Shown piece by piece: positions 29,725 to 39,242 of a DNA stretch of 64,000 bases (the first letter of the stretch is position 1; every line of letters starts with the position of its first letter). The stretch lies in the NCBI GenBank assembly GCA_038212275.1, contig JBBQUR010000017.1:42232-106231 (forward strand). The letters run 5' to 3'. The notes under the pieces are model-generated. The model made no database searches, was not told where the DNA came from, and saw only the letters and a program-made list of their open reading frames with translations. The DNA is from Planctomycetota bacterium (GTDB lineage Bacteria; Planctomycetota; B15-G4). Position numbers and translations under genes: made by a program.

Positions 29725-30588
29725 TCACTGGCCCTTCGTGGAGCCGCTGATCTTCTTCGAGAGCGCCTGCTCCTCCGCCTGCAGGCGCTTGATCTCGGAC
29801 TTCACCCGAGCCAGCGACTGCCGCGCATCGGCCGTGCCGCCGGCGACGACCGACGCCCCGGCGACGACAGGCGCCCCGGCGAGCTTCGCCTGGAGTTGGG
29901 CCGCCACGAGCGCGAGCCGGAACAGGTCCTCGGGACCCGGATCGACCGGCGAGACGTCCAGGATTCCGACCTCGGCGAGGTCGAAGAGATGCTTGAGGAT
30001 GCCGACATCGATTCCCGGCGACTTGGGCTTCTTGTAGAAGGCCACGTAGAAGCCGCCCTGCTTGGCGGGAATGATCACGTCATCGCTGCTGAGTGAGCCT
30101 GCGCCGAAGACGAGCCACTTCACGAAGTCGCGCGCGCCGATCGAATCCTTCGCGTCGATCGTGACGGAGCCGGAGGAGGCCGGCGTCACGCTGCTGCTTC
30201 CCGTCGTCCACAGACTGGACGGGACCACCGAGCCGATGGGCGACGTGCCGGACAGCTCGACATTGGCGTCCACGTCGAAAGCGTAGGTCGTGATCGAGGT
30301 GCCGTCGCCACCCGGCGAGCATCCGTGCGAATACCAACCCGTGACGACCGTCGTGCCCTTCACCGTCACGCTCACCGACTGTGAGGTCGAGATGGCTCCG
30401 GCCGCATTCCAGAAGAGACGGCTGTAGATGCAGTAGTCGTATTCCGTGTTGGCCGGCGGCGTTTCGTAATACGGGCCATTGTCCTGGATCGACACGACCG
30501 TGCCGTCGGCGACGTTGTTGATCGTCTCGGTCGGCTTGAACGTCGCGCCCGTGGGGAAGACTCGATACTCCTTGACCAGTGAACCCAT
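29725..30588 (-). CDS. Hypothetical protein, co-transcribed with the radical SAM gene
   Basis: AAGGAG RBS; Ser/Thr-rich beta region, VDPGPED motif, C-terminal coiled coil; stop 1 bp from the rSAM start. Confidence 0.75.
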   Translation of the reverse strand: MGSLVKEYRVFPTGATFKPTETINNVADGTVVSIQDNGPYYETPPANTEYDYCIYSRLFWNAAGAISTSQSVSVTVKGTTVVTGWYSHGCSPGGDGTSITTYAFDVDANVELSGTSPIGSVVPSSLWTTGSSSVTPASSGSVTIDAKDSIGARDFVKWLVFGAGSLSSDDVIIPAKQGGFYVAFYKKPKSPGIDVGILKHLFDLAEVGILDVSPVDPGPEDLFRLALVAAQLQAKLAGAPVVAGASVVAGGTADARQSLARVKSEIKRLQAEEQALSKKISGSTKGQ

Positions 30589-30925
30589 GTGCCGCTCCTT
30601 GTCCGGCATCGCGCGGTCGAACGACCGGCGCGCGCCTGTCCCGTCATTGCCTCGAACCCAGTGGCGGCATTGAACCGCGATCCCGCACTTCGTGTTTCGG
30701 ATTCCGTGCCTTCGCGTGGGCCGGATCGCATGCGTGGCGCCGCCGAGACCCTCGAGTCGCACATCGAATCGGCTCCATCGGAGCAGTCCTCGCACGGACT
30801 TACGGCATGGGGCTGGCCATCGTGCGGGCACTGGACCGACATGTTGCAACCAACAGGCCCCCTCGATACCGTCGTCGCCGCCCGCTCGGGAAACAGTCAC
30901 GTCGCATCCATCGAGAATCTGGAGC

Positions 30926-32008
30926 ATGCGCTACATGCGCTTTCCGTTCGGCCGGACGCTCGTGATCATCGCCGCCCTCTCGGCCGGCAGCAGTTGCACG
31001 ACACTGGGCCCGTCGTCCATCGCATCGGGCCGCGCGGCCTACACGGACGTCATCACGCGCACGAATGACGAGCAGCTGCTCAACACGCTCGTGCGCATGC
31101 GCTACGCCGAGACGACGACCATGCTCGTGGTCAGTTCCGTGACCACGCAGAGCGAGGTGAGCCTTGGCACCGGCATCCAGACAGGCACGGGTTCCGCAAA
31201 GGATGCCTACTCGGGAAACCTCGTGCCCTTCGAGCTCAGCGGAGGCTACCGCGACACGCCCACGATCAGCTACACGCCGTTGAGCGGCGAGCACTACCTG
31301 AAGCAGCTCGTCACCCCCATTTCGCTCGATCTCTACGGGCTGCTCATCGACAGTTCGCGCGATGCCGAGGCGATGCTCCGCCTGCTCACGCGCGGCATCG
31401 CGGACATGGAATCGCCGGTGCAGTACGAATCCGCGCGCGCCGCAGACCTTGCGCAGACCCTCACGCTGATGGGTCGGCTGCGACGGGCCGGGCTGCTGAG
31501 CTTCGCGTACGACGCAGGCGCCGACGACAGGATCACCGGCGTCGCTCTGGTGCTGCAGCGCCCTGCCGGCCGAACGTCGGATGACACCGCAGCGCTCATG
31601 GCGCTCCTCGGCAAACCGGTGCCGGAGCAAGCGGGTGCACAGGTGCGGCTCCCGCTGCGCATGGGTCCGGTGACGACAGCACAGGATTCGCTGCAATTGC
31701 AGACCCGCAGCACGCTGGAGATGCTGCAGCTCGCGTCCCGCGGAGTCGACGTTCCGCAGTCGCAGCTGGAGTCGGGCATCGCGCCGCCCGACGAGGCGGC
31801 CTCGGCGCAGCCCTTTCTGAAGGTGCACAGCGGGACCAGCGCACCGGACGACCCGTTCGTCGCGGTGCAGTATCGCGGTCACTGGTTCTGGGTGGATTCC
31901 AGCGACATCCCCAGCAAGCGCGGTTTCGTGGCCATGCAGACGCTGCTGATGTCCTGCCTGAACGAGAAGGAAGCCTCGCGACCGCAACTCTCTCTGCCCA
32001 TCAACTGA
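30926..32008 (+). CDS. Hypothetical lipoprotein
   Basis: Lipobox-like SAGSSC; EQLLNTLVRMRY, PTISYTPL, VQYRGHWFWV. Start may be 30935. Confidence 0.75.
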   Translation: MRYMRFPFGRTLVIIAALSAGSSCTTLGPSSIASGRAAYTDVITRTNDEQLLNTLVRMRYAETTTMLVVSSVTTQSEVSLGTGIQTGTGSAKDAYSGNLVPFELSGGYRDTPTISYTPLSGEHYLKQLVTPISLDLYGLLIDSSRDAEAMLRLLTRGIADMESPVQYESARAADLAQTLTLMGRLRRAGLLSFAYDAGADDRITGVALVLQRPAGRTSDDTAALMALLGKPVPEQAGAQVRLPLRMGPVTTAQDSLQLQTRSTLEMLQLASRGVDVPQSQLESGIAPPDEAASAQPFLKVHSGTSAPDDPFVAVQYRGHWFWVDSSDIPSKRGFVAMQTLLMSCLNEKEASRPQLSLPIN

Positions 32009-32011
32009 GCC

Positions 32012-32028
32012 GAGGCGTGCGGCGCCTC
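32012..32028. terminator. GC hairpin between convergent genes
   Basis: GAGGCG-TGCGG-CGCCTC directly after the stop at 32008; weak U-tract. Confidence 0.35.
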
Positions 32029-32172
32029 GCTTCTCGACCGACCGGATGACGCGGTGCGCCGCTCGACGACGTCCTCAAGCTCTGCGCCGAGCGCGACGGC
32101 GAGTCGATGGACGGCCTCACGCAGGTCGCCACGGTCCCCGACGCCCGAGGCGCGCGAGGCAGGCGGTCACCG

Positions 32173-33252
32173 TCACTGCGGAAGTGCGGGCGTCGCGGGA
32201 GTGCGGGTCGTGGAGAGCACCTCGAATTGCACGCTGCGCCCGAGCTTTGACGGCGTCCCGTCGGGAGCCGGCAGCGTGTCCACCGGCTTGCCGTCGAGCT
32301 CCGCCCAGCCGCCGAACATGACGTTGATCGCGCCGGCCGCAGCGGGCGGCGTGAGCTGGAAGTTGCGGCCTTCCCAGAGGCTCACGCGCGTCGAGCTGAG
32401 CGATGCCCACGTGTGGGCGTCGGGCGTGGCGCAGCCGTCGCTGGCGACGATGTCGTTGGGCACCCAGCCCAGGCCTGGCACGAAGACCTCGATCCAGCAG
32501 CGGTAGCCGGGGTCGTAGGGTGCGCCGGCCTTCGCATCGAGCAGCCGGTAGCCGAACTGGATGCGCGCAGGGATGCCGCGGGCGCGCGCCAGCGCGATGA
32601 AAAGCGAGTGCAGGTCCGTGCAGCAGCCGCCGCCCTGCATGAGGCAGTTGTCCGCGGAGCCGATGCCGCACTTGGGTTTGCTGGAGTCCTTGCTGTAGTG
32701 GTCGGCGCTGGCGGCGACGTATTGCATGAGGAGCAGCGCCTGGCGGCCGACATCGCGCTCATCGCCGCAGGCCTTGTCCGCGAGCGCGCGCATGCCGGCG
32801 TCCGCCTCCATGAGCGTCTCGTTCTGGTCGAGCGCCTCCGCGAAGAGTTCGGGCTGGATGGCATTCGCCGAGGTCGCGCCATCGAGTTCGAAGTGGACGC
32901 CCTGCCGCTCCACCGTGCACTCGAAGACGACGGAAGCGGAACCTGGAGCCGGATTGCGCACCTCGGTGTACACGAACGCGCCGCGGCCTTCGGCCTGCTC
33001 GATCACACGGGCGTTGCCCGGTGCGGACACCAGCTTCGCGTCGATCACGCGCTGCCACGGCCCGTCGGACGGCACGGGCACCCAGAGGCGGAGTTGCGCG
33101 CAGCCCTCCGGGATGTCGGCAAGCGTCACGGTCTGCGTGAGCTTCACCGTACGGGTCTCGACGACCTGCGGAGCAACTGCCCACGCACTGTCAGGGAACA
33201 CGGAGGCAAGGAGGAGCACGGCCAGCGAACGCGCGAGTCGAGTGTGATGCAT
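32173..33252 (-). CDS. Secreted transglutaminase-like protein
   Basis: LRLWVPVP, GGCCTDLHSLFIALARARGIPAR, CWIEVFVPGLGWVPND. Confidence 0.88.
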   Translation of the reverse strand: MHHTRLARSLAVLLLASVFPDSAWAVAPQVVETRTVKLTQTVTLADIPEGCAQLRLWVPVPSDGPWQRVIDAKLVSAPGNARVIEQAEGRGAFVYTEVRNPAPGSASVVFECTVERQGVHFELDGATSANAIQPELFAEALDQNETLMEADAGMRALADKACGDERDVGRQALLLMQYVAASADHYSKDSSKPKCGIGSADNCLMQGGGCCTDLHSLFIALARARGIPARIQFGYRLLDAKAGAPYDPGYRCWIEVFVPGLGWVPNDIVASDGCATPDAHTWASLSSTRVSLWEGRNFQLTPPAAAGAINVMFGGWAELDGKPVDTLPAPDGTPSKLGRSVQFEVLSTTRTPATPALPQ

Positions 33253-33353
33253 GCCACACACTTGATCCCCGAAGCCTGCGACTGTCAAGGAGTGACGATG
33301 CAGACCTCGCATTCCGCTTGGCACGCGCAGCGTGCACGAGGGATCCTGTGGCG

Positions 33354-34181
33354 ATGCCCACTCTGCGCTTCGGAACGTGCTCCTGGTCGGAGAAGTCGTG
33401 GGTCGGGCCGTTCTATCCGGCCGGGACAAAATCCGGCGACTACCTCGCCCACTACGGGACACAGTTCGACTCGGTCGAGGCGGACAGCACCTATTATGCG
33501 TGCCCGCCCGCCGATCGGGTGCGCAACTGGCACGCGGTCACGCCGGGCGCCTTCATGATGTCCACCAAGCTGCCGCGCACCGCCTTCCTCGGCAACGACG
33601 CGCGCGAGCTGGACGCGGGACGCGTCCTGCGCGCCGAGGAGTTCGGCGCCGAGATCGCGCGCTACTACGACGTCCTCGCGGGGCTCGAGGAGAAGGCCGG
33701 CCCCGTCGTGCTTCAGCTCCCGTGGCTGCCGAAGACGATCTTCCGCGATCCCGGGGAGTTTCTGGAGCGGCTCGACACCTTCCTTGCGGCGCTTCCCTCC
33801 ACCGGGCGGCTCGGCGTCGAGGTGCGGAACCGCGAGTTTCTGCACGACGAGTTGCTCGCCGTCCTGCGGAAGCACCGCACCGCGCTCGTGCTTTCCGAGA
33901 TCCGTGGCATGCCGCATCCGGCGGACGTCGCCGAGCGCCTCGACGTGATGACGACCGACTTCTTCTACGCGCGGCTCATCGGCGACCGCGCAGTCGTCGA
34001 GCGCAGGACGAAGAGCTTCGACAAGGTGGTCGTCGACAAGTCGGCGAGCCTGCAGCGCTGGGCGCACCTGGTGCGCGTCCTCGGCACGAGCGCCGACGGC
34101 TTCATCTACGTGAACAATCACTACGCGGGCCATGGGCCGGAGGGCGCCCGGGAGTTGAAGCGACTCGTCGCGGACCGCTGA
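33354..34181 (+). CDS. DUF72 family protein
   Basis: GTCSWS..W.G.FYP, SVEADSTYY, LQLP, VEVRN, YVNNHYAGHGP. Confidence 0.92.
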   Translation: MPTLRFGTCSWSEKSWVGPFYPAGTKSGDYLAHYGTQFDSVEADSTYYACPPADRVRNWHAVTPGAFMMSTKLPRTAFLGNDARELDAGRVLRAEEFGAEIARYYDVLAGLEEKAGPVVLQLPWLPKTIFRDPGEFLERLDTFLAALPSTGRLGVEVRNREFLHDELLAVLRKHRTALVLSEIRGMPHPADVAERLDVMTTDFFYARLIGDRAVVERRTKSFDKVVVDKSASLQRWAHLVRVLGTSADGFIYVNNHYAGHGPEGARELKRLVADR

Positions 34182-34257
34182 GCCACGGGCGGAGGTTGCG
34201 GCTGGCTCACCGCCAAAGGCGCATGACGGGCGGCAGTCGTCAGGACGGCGAGTTGCC

Positions 34258-35172
34258 TCAGTGTGTGCGCCGATCGCGGTGCAGCTCCGGCGCGAGCAGA
34301 TCGCGCGCGCGTCCCGGCGAGAGCCCGAACTCGCGGCGGAATGCGGACGTGAAGTGGCTGTGACTGCCGAAGCCGACGTCCAGCGCGACCGTCGTGAGGT
34401 CGGGCGCGCCCCGGGCCAGGGCGCGCAGCGCGTGCCGCAGCCGGATGCGCACGAGGCGGGCATGCACCGTCGAGCCGGTGGCCTGCCGGAACTGCTTGGC
34501 CACGTGCCAGACCGAGCGCCCGGCCTCACGCGCCACCTCGTCCAGGTGAATGGGCCGCGCAAACGACTCGTTCAGGACTTCGAGCACGACCCGCGCCGTG
34601 CGGCGCGCGGCCTCGGATGCTGGCTCGCGGTCGTCGTCCGCAACGTCGAGCGCGACGGCGTCCAGGACAAGCTGCAGCACGCGCTCCTCGCAGTCGAGCG
34701 GGTCGAGGTCGGCCGCGTGCGCCGCGAGCACGTTGAGCGCGAACACGAGCGACGCGGGGCACGGCAGGGCGGCGTGGGCGAACCCGTTGCGTGCACCCGT
34801 CGCGCGCCGTCGCGCAGCGCACATGGCGTCCCAGGCGCGAGCGTCGATGCGAATCGTCGTGCCCTCGTTCGCGTCCCCGATCGGGTGCCGGATCTCGAAC
34901 GACTCCCCGGGGTTGAAGAGCACCAGCGTGCCGACGTCCGCGAGCATGCGCTCGCGACCACGCCGTCTCTCGAAGGTGCCCGAGCCCATGACCTCGATCG
35001 CTGCGTAATCGAGACAGTCGCTGGCGCGCTCGGGGTGCACGTGCCGGTTCCAGCGAGTCGAGAGCAGCGCGAGGCCCGATCTGCGGAAGAGATCGCATGC
35101 CGCGAGTCGCGCCTCGAGTCGCAACTGTGGTGCGTCGGCGGCGCCAAGATCGTGATAGCGGCCCGGGTCCAT
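34258..35172 (-). CDS. AraC family transcriptional regulator
   Basis: LDEVAREAG, VALDVGFGSHSHFTSAFRREFGLSP. Confidence 0.92.
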   Translation of the reverse strand: MDPGRYHDLGAADAPQLRLEARLAACDLFRRSGLALLSTRWNRHVHPERASDCLDYAAIEVMGSGTFERRRGRERMLADVGTLVLFNPGESFEIRHPIGDANEGTTIRIDARAWDAMCAARRRATGARNGFAHAALPCPASLVFALNVLAAHAADLDPLDCEERVLQLVLDAVALDVADDDREPASEAARRTARVVLEVLNESFARPIHLDEVAREAGRSVWHVAKQFRQATGSTVHARLVRIRLRHALRALARGAPDLTTVALDVGFGSHSHFTSAFRREFGLSPGRARDLLAPELHRDRRTH

Positions 35173-35246
35173 GGCGACCGATGGTATCGCCCGGCGGCGG
35201 CCCGCGGCGGGTCGCACGCCGCCCGACACCCGCGAGCCACGCTTCC

Positions 35247-36959
35247 ATGATGCACGAACCATCCGCGCCACGACTCATTCTCCTGAGGGCTGCCGCGCTC
35301 GCGTCCGTCCTGATGCCGGGACTGCCCGCGATGGGCGACGTCGAAGTCCCCTCCCCCACTGCATTCGTGCACGTGAACGTGCTGCCGATGGACGTCGATG
35401 GCGTGCTGCGCGACCAGACGGTTCTTGTCCGCGACGGACTCATCGCGCGCGTCGGCCCGGCGTCCGACGTCGTCGTGCCCGAGGACGCGCAGCGCATCGA
35501 CGGACGCGGCGAGCTCTTCCTCATGCCGGGGCTGTGCGACAGCCATGTGCACGTGATCGACCCGGACGAGTTCGTGCTCTACCTCGCGAACGGCGTGACC
35601 ACCGTGCGAAACATGAGCGGCGAGCCCTTCCACCTGACCTGGCGCCGCGAACTCGCCGAAGGGACGCGGCTCGGTCCGACGCTCGTGACCACGGGTCCGA
35701 CGCTGGAGAGCCGGCCATCCGACGCGAGCAACGTGCGCGTGGTCACGACGCGCGCCGAAGGCGAACGCGCGGTCGAGGACATCGTTGCGCAGGGCTATGA
35801 CCTCATCAAGGTGTACAGCGGCCTCGAGGCCGAGCCTTATGCGGGCATTCTCGACGCGGCGCATCGTCTCGGCATGAAGGTGGTCGGACACATCCCGCTC
35901 TCGGTCGGACTCGAGGGAGTGCTGGCCGCCAGGCAGGCGTCCATCGATCACGCCGAGGAGTACCTCTACACCTTCTTCGATCATGCCGGCCCTGAAGCCA
36001 TCCCCGAGGCCGTGCGACTCACCCGCGAGGCGGGCGCGTGGCTCACGCCGACCCTCGTGACCTACGCCACCATCGGCCGCCAGGTCGAGGACGCGGCGGC
36101 GCTCGCGCGACGTCCCGAGATGCGCTTCGTCGACCCGGATGTGCTGGCGCGCTGGCAGACGCAGGAGAACGGTTACCTGCGCCGGTTCTCGTCCGCCGAC
36201 GTGCCGGCCTTCCGCGCGCGCCTGGCGTTCCTGCAGGAACTCGTGCGCCGGATGCATGAGGCCGGCGTGCCATTGCTCGCGGGCACGGACGCAGGGATCG
36301 CGTTCGGCGTGTCGTTCGTGCTGCCGGGCTGGTCGTTGCACGAAGAGCTCGCGCAACTCGTCACGTGCGGATTGTCGCCGCAGGCCGCATTGCGCGCCGC
36401 GACATCCGACGCAGCCGCCTTCCTGAATCGCGCGGGAGAGTTCGGCGTGGTGCGGGAGGGTGCGCGTGCGGATCTTCTGCTGCTGCGCGCCGATCCGAGT
36501 GTCGACGTGGCGAACGCGGCGACTCGCGAGGGCGTGATGTTGCGGGGGCGCTGGATGCCGTCGGCCGAGTTGGAAGCGTTGCTCGAGACCATCCCGAGGC
36601 TGTACCGCGACGAACGGGCTTTCATGGACCTGCTGGAGACCGAAGGCATCGAGCCTGCCTTGGCCCACTTCCACGAGATGCGACGCCTCGACCGGAGCGC
36701 GCGTCTCTTTCGCGAGGCGACGCTCAGCTCGTTCGGCTACCGGCTGCTGAACTCGGGAGACGCGTCGTCCGCAGTGGCCGTGCTCGAGATCGTCGCGGAA
36801 GCGTATCCCGCGTCGGCGGACGCCCAGGACAGTCTCGGCGAGGCCTGCGCTGCCGCCGGCGACCGGAAGCGCGCGATCGACTGCTACGAGCGATCGCTGA
36901 CACTCGATCCGTCCAACGCGAACGCGACGGCCAGGCTCGCGGAGCTGAGCTCCGAGTGA
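35247..36959 (+). CDS. Secreted amidohydrolase with C-terminal TPR
   Basis: PGLCDSHVH, GVTTVR, IKVY, AGTD, ADLLLL; TPR DSLGEA...YERSLTLDP. Confidence 0.9.
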   Translation: MMHEPSAPRLILLRAAALASVLMPGLPAMGDVEVPSPTAFVHVNVLPMDVDGVLRDQTVLVRDGLIARVGPASDVVVPEDAQRIDGRGELFLMPGLCDSHVHVIDPDEFVLYLANGVTTVRNMSGEPFHLTWRRELAEGTRLGPTLVTTGPTLESRPSDASNVRVVTTRAEGERAVEDIVAQGYDLIKVYSGLEAEPYAGILDAAHRLGMKVVGHIPLSVGLEGVLAARQASIDHAEEYLYTFFDHAGPEAIPEAVRLTREAGAWLTPTLVTYATIGRQVEDAAALARRPEMRFVDPDVLARWQTQENGYLRRFSSADVPAFRARLAFLQELVRRMHEAGVPLLAGTDAGIAFGVSFVLPGWSLHEELAQLVTCGLSPQAALRAATSDAAAFLNRAGEFGVVREGARADLLLLRADPSVDVANAATREGVMLRGRWMPSAELEALLETIPRLYRDERAFMDLLETEGIEPALAHFHEMRRLDRSARLFREATLSSFGYRLLNSGDASSAVAVLEIVAEAYPASADAQDSLGEACAAAGDRKRAIDCYERSLTLDPSNANATARLAELSSE

Positions 36960-37061
36960 GAGCCAGAACGTCTCCCGCGCCGGCCGACGGATCGCAGGAA
37001 AAGCCACATGTGCTCCATCGGAGGACAGTGCCCGAGTGAGAATGCAGGGCCTTCTCTGCCG

Positions 37062-38345
37062 CTACGGGGTCAGCGCCTTCAGCGCGTTGCTCAGTGACAC
37101 GCCCTTCGGCGCGGCTGCGTCCTGGATCGCGTACTGGAAGTAAAGCGATGTTGCCGAGGGCAGGCCGCTCGGCCACGTGAACGGGAGCAGCAGCGTGCCA
37201 CTGCCGAACGTGACCAGCGACAGGTTCAGGGTGACGGGGTTCGCGACGAGCACTCCGCCCTTGAACGGCGCCGGCACGCTGGCCAGCGCCACGAAGAGCA
37301 CGGCGGGCTTGGAGGCAGCGGCCGACGTCAGAGACAGACTGCACGAAGAGCCGGGTGCGAGCGTGCCCATCCCCACCAAGTGGGGAATGCCGCTGATGCC
37401 GGCAAGGCCCGACCCGAGGTCGGAGAATACGGACGCGCCACTCGAGCGAATCGCGATGATGTTCGCGCCGCTGGCGACGAAAAGGGTCTGTCCGTCCGGC
37501 GCGAACGTGATGTCGCCGTCGAAGCCCGTGGTTCCGAAGACGAAGCCGCTCGCAAACGTCGTCACGCTCGCATTGGGCGCAACGCGCCGCACGGAGTTCG
37601 TCAGAGTGTCCGTGACATACGCAAAGTCACCGAACGGTCCAAATGGATCGGGGCTGAAGCGCATGTCGAGCGATTGGCCCGTGCCCGTCGCGAACACCGA
37701 TCCGCTGCCCGCCGCGTTCACTCGCACAATCTCGCCGGTCAGGAAGACGCTCGTGAACAGATCGCCGCCAAACGCGCTTCCGGCGGCAGGAAAATCGACG
37801 CCGAGCGGAGCGTTGGCGAAGTTGCTCGCAGCAGAAAACAACGCGGTCCCGCCCCCGGACGTGGCGCTGGTGATCGTGCCCGAACCGGGATTTCCATTGG
37901 AGACGAACAACTTCGCGCCGAAGGCGCTGCCGACCGGCGCCATCGCCAGGCCATTGCAGCTGAAAAGCGAGCCGCCGGAAGCGAACAGCGAGACCACGCC
38001 GCTGGACGTGATCTTCATGACCGTCGAATTGTTCTGCGCGACGTACAGCAGGCCCGTGCCGAACGTGCCCTCGTCGAAGGCAAGCCCGGACGGCCTGTCG
38101 AAGCCAGTGGCCAGGCCGCTTGCGAAGGGAGTGACACTGCCGGTCACCACGTCGACGCGTCTCACCTCGCCGCTGGTACTGGCGTAGAGGTCCACGCCGA
38201 AGGCGCCGCCGTTGGCGACGGCCATCCCCGTGACTTCGGCGCCGAACGGAATCGATGTGGCAGTGAAGCCGGATGGAACGACGACCTGGCCCAGGCCTCC
38301 TCCAATCAACGACGCGGCGAGAAGGCAGAGCGAAAGGGTCAACAT
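37062..38345 (-). CDS. Secreted NHL/SMP-30-like beta-propeller protein with the shared C-terminal domain
   Basis: Signal peptide; repeated G.FG..Lyv...G.V..FAsG units; shared CTD. Confidence 0.8.
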   Translation of the reverse strand: MLTLSLCLLAASLIGGGLGQVVVPSGFTATSIPFGAEVTGMAVANGGAFGVDLYASTSGEVRRVDVVTGSVTPFASGLATGFDRPSGLAFDEGTFGTGLLYVAQNNSTVMKITSSGVVSLFASGGSLFSCNGLAMAPVGSAFGAKLFVSNGNPGSGTITSATSGGGTALFSAASNFANAPLGVDFPAAGSAFGGDLFTSVFLTGEIVRVNAAGSGSVFATGTGQSLDMRFSPDPFGPFGDFAYVTDTLTNSVRRVAPNASVTTFASGFVFGTTGFDGDITFAPDGQTLFVASGANIIAIRSSGASVFSDLGSGLAGISGIPHLVGMGTLAPGSSCSLSLTSAAASKPAVLFVALASVPAPFKGGVLVANPVTLNLSLVTFGSGTLLLPFTWPSGLPSATSLYFQYAIQDAAAPKGVSLSNALKALTP

Positions 38346-38661
38346 GTCACACTCCCCGAAACTGCACTGGCCCCTCCACCAGGTGATGGTGAAGTGGGTG
38401 CGATGGTGATGAAAGGCGATGGTGTCGTGCGCCCGAGCGACTTTCGGCCATGCTAGCCACAGGCTTGCAGGCCGTCTACGAAGGATCATCGGAGACGCTT
38501 CGAGAGTGTGACACGCCACCACCGGCGCCCAGCCGGCAATACCGACGCCCAGCCGATGACACCGGCGCGCGACGACGCCCGACACTTCAGAACACCAGGT
38601 TTGGCCCGAAGTCCGTCAGCCCTCCTGCGCAGCCCGCGCGGAGCAATTGTTCAGGTCGTCG

Positions 38662-39082
38662 TCAGCCGGCATCGAGCAGACGTTCGCACGCCGAATCAAG
38701 GTCTCCCTGCCGGAGGGCAAGCAGGCCGAGCGATCGGTCGTCGGCCATGGAGAGGCACGCTCCAGGCCCGGCATTCGCTGCTTCGTCGCCTGCCGGACGA
38801 ACCATGACCCGCAGCCGCTCCCGGTCGGCGGCGTCCAGCCCCGGCAGGCCTGCGATGACGGCCGCTCGTGACTCGGGTCGCTCGGCCAGCACGTGCTGAG
38901 GCAGCCGTCTCGTCGATCGTCAGCCCCGAGAAGACTCGCAGCTCGACAACTTGCGCCGCTCGAGGACTCACTCGGCCGAGAACCTCCACCGCATCGTCAG
39001 GGTCGATCACGTCGGCCTTCCACGCCGTATCCATCGAGGCCTGCAATGCCTCGGGAATTCCAGGATCCGGTGCGTTCGCCAC
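38662..39082 (-). pseudogene. Relic of an ECF sigma factor (region 4), plus possible Ser/Thr kinase and TPR fragments
   Basis: VSPRAAQVVELRVFSGLTIDETAA resembles planctomycete-type ECF C-termini and region 2 is missing. An adjacent frame has ERPESRAA and LGLLALRQGDLDSA. Confidence 0.55.
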
Positions 39083-39242
39083 CGAGTCGCCAGCCTTGCA
39101 GCGGGCGCGCGGGCCTCCGGAGTTGTTCCGAGAGGTGTGAGGCGTGACGCGCGAGGTGAGTTGCCGACGCGCGCGGCAGGATCCGGGTCTTGTGTGGCGT
39201 ATCCTCCCGGGCAGCTATCATCCGCCTCGAGAGGCATCGACA

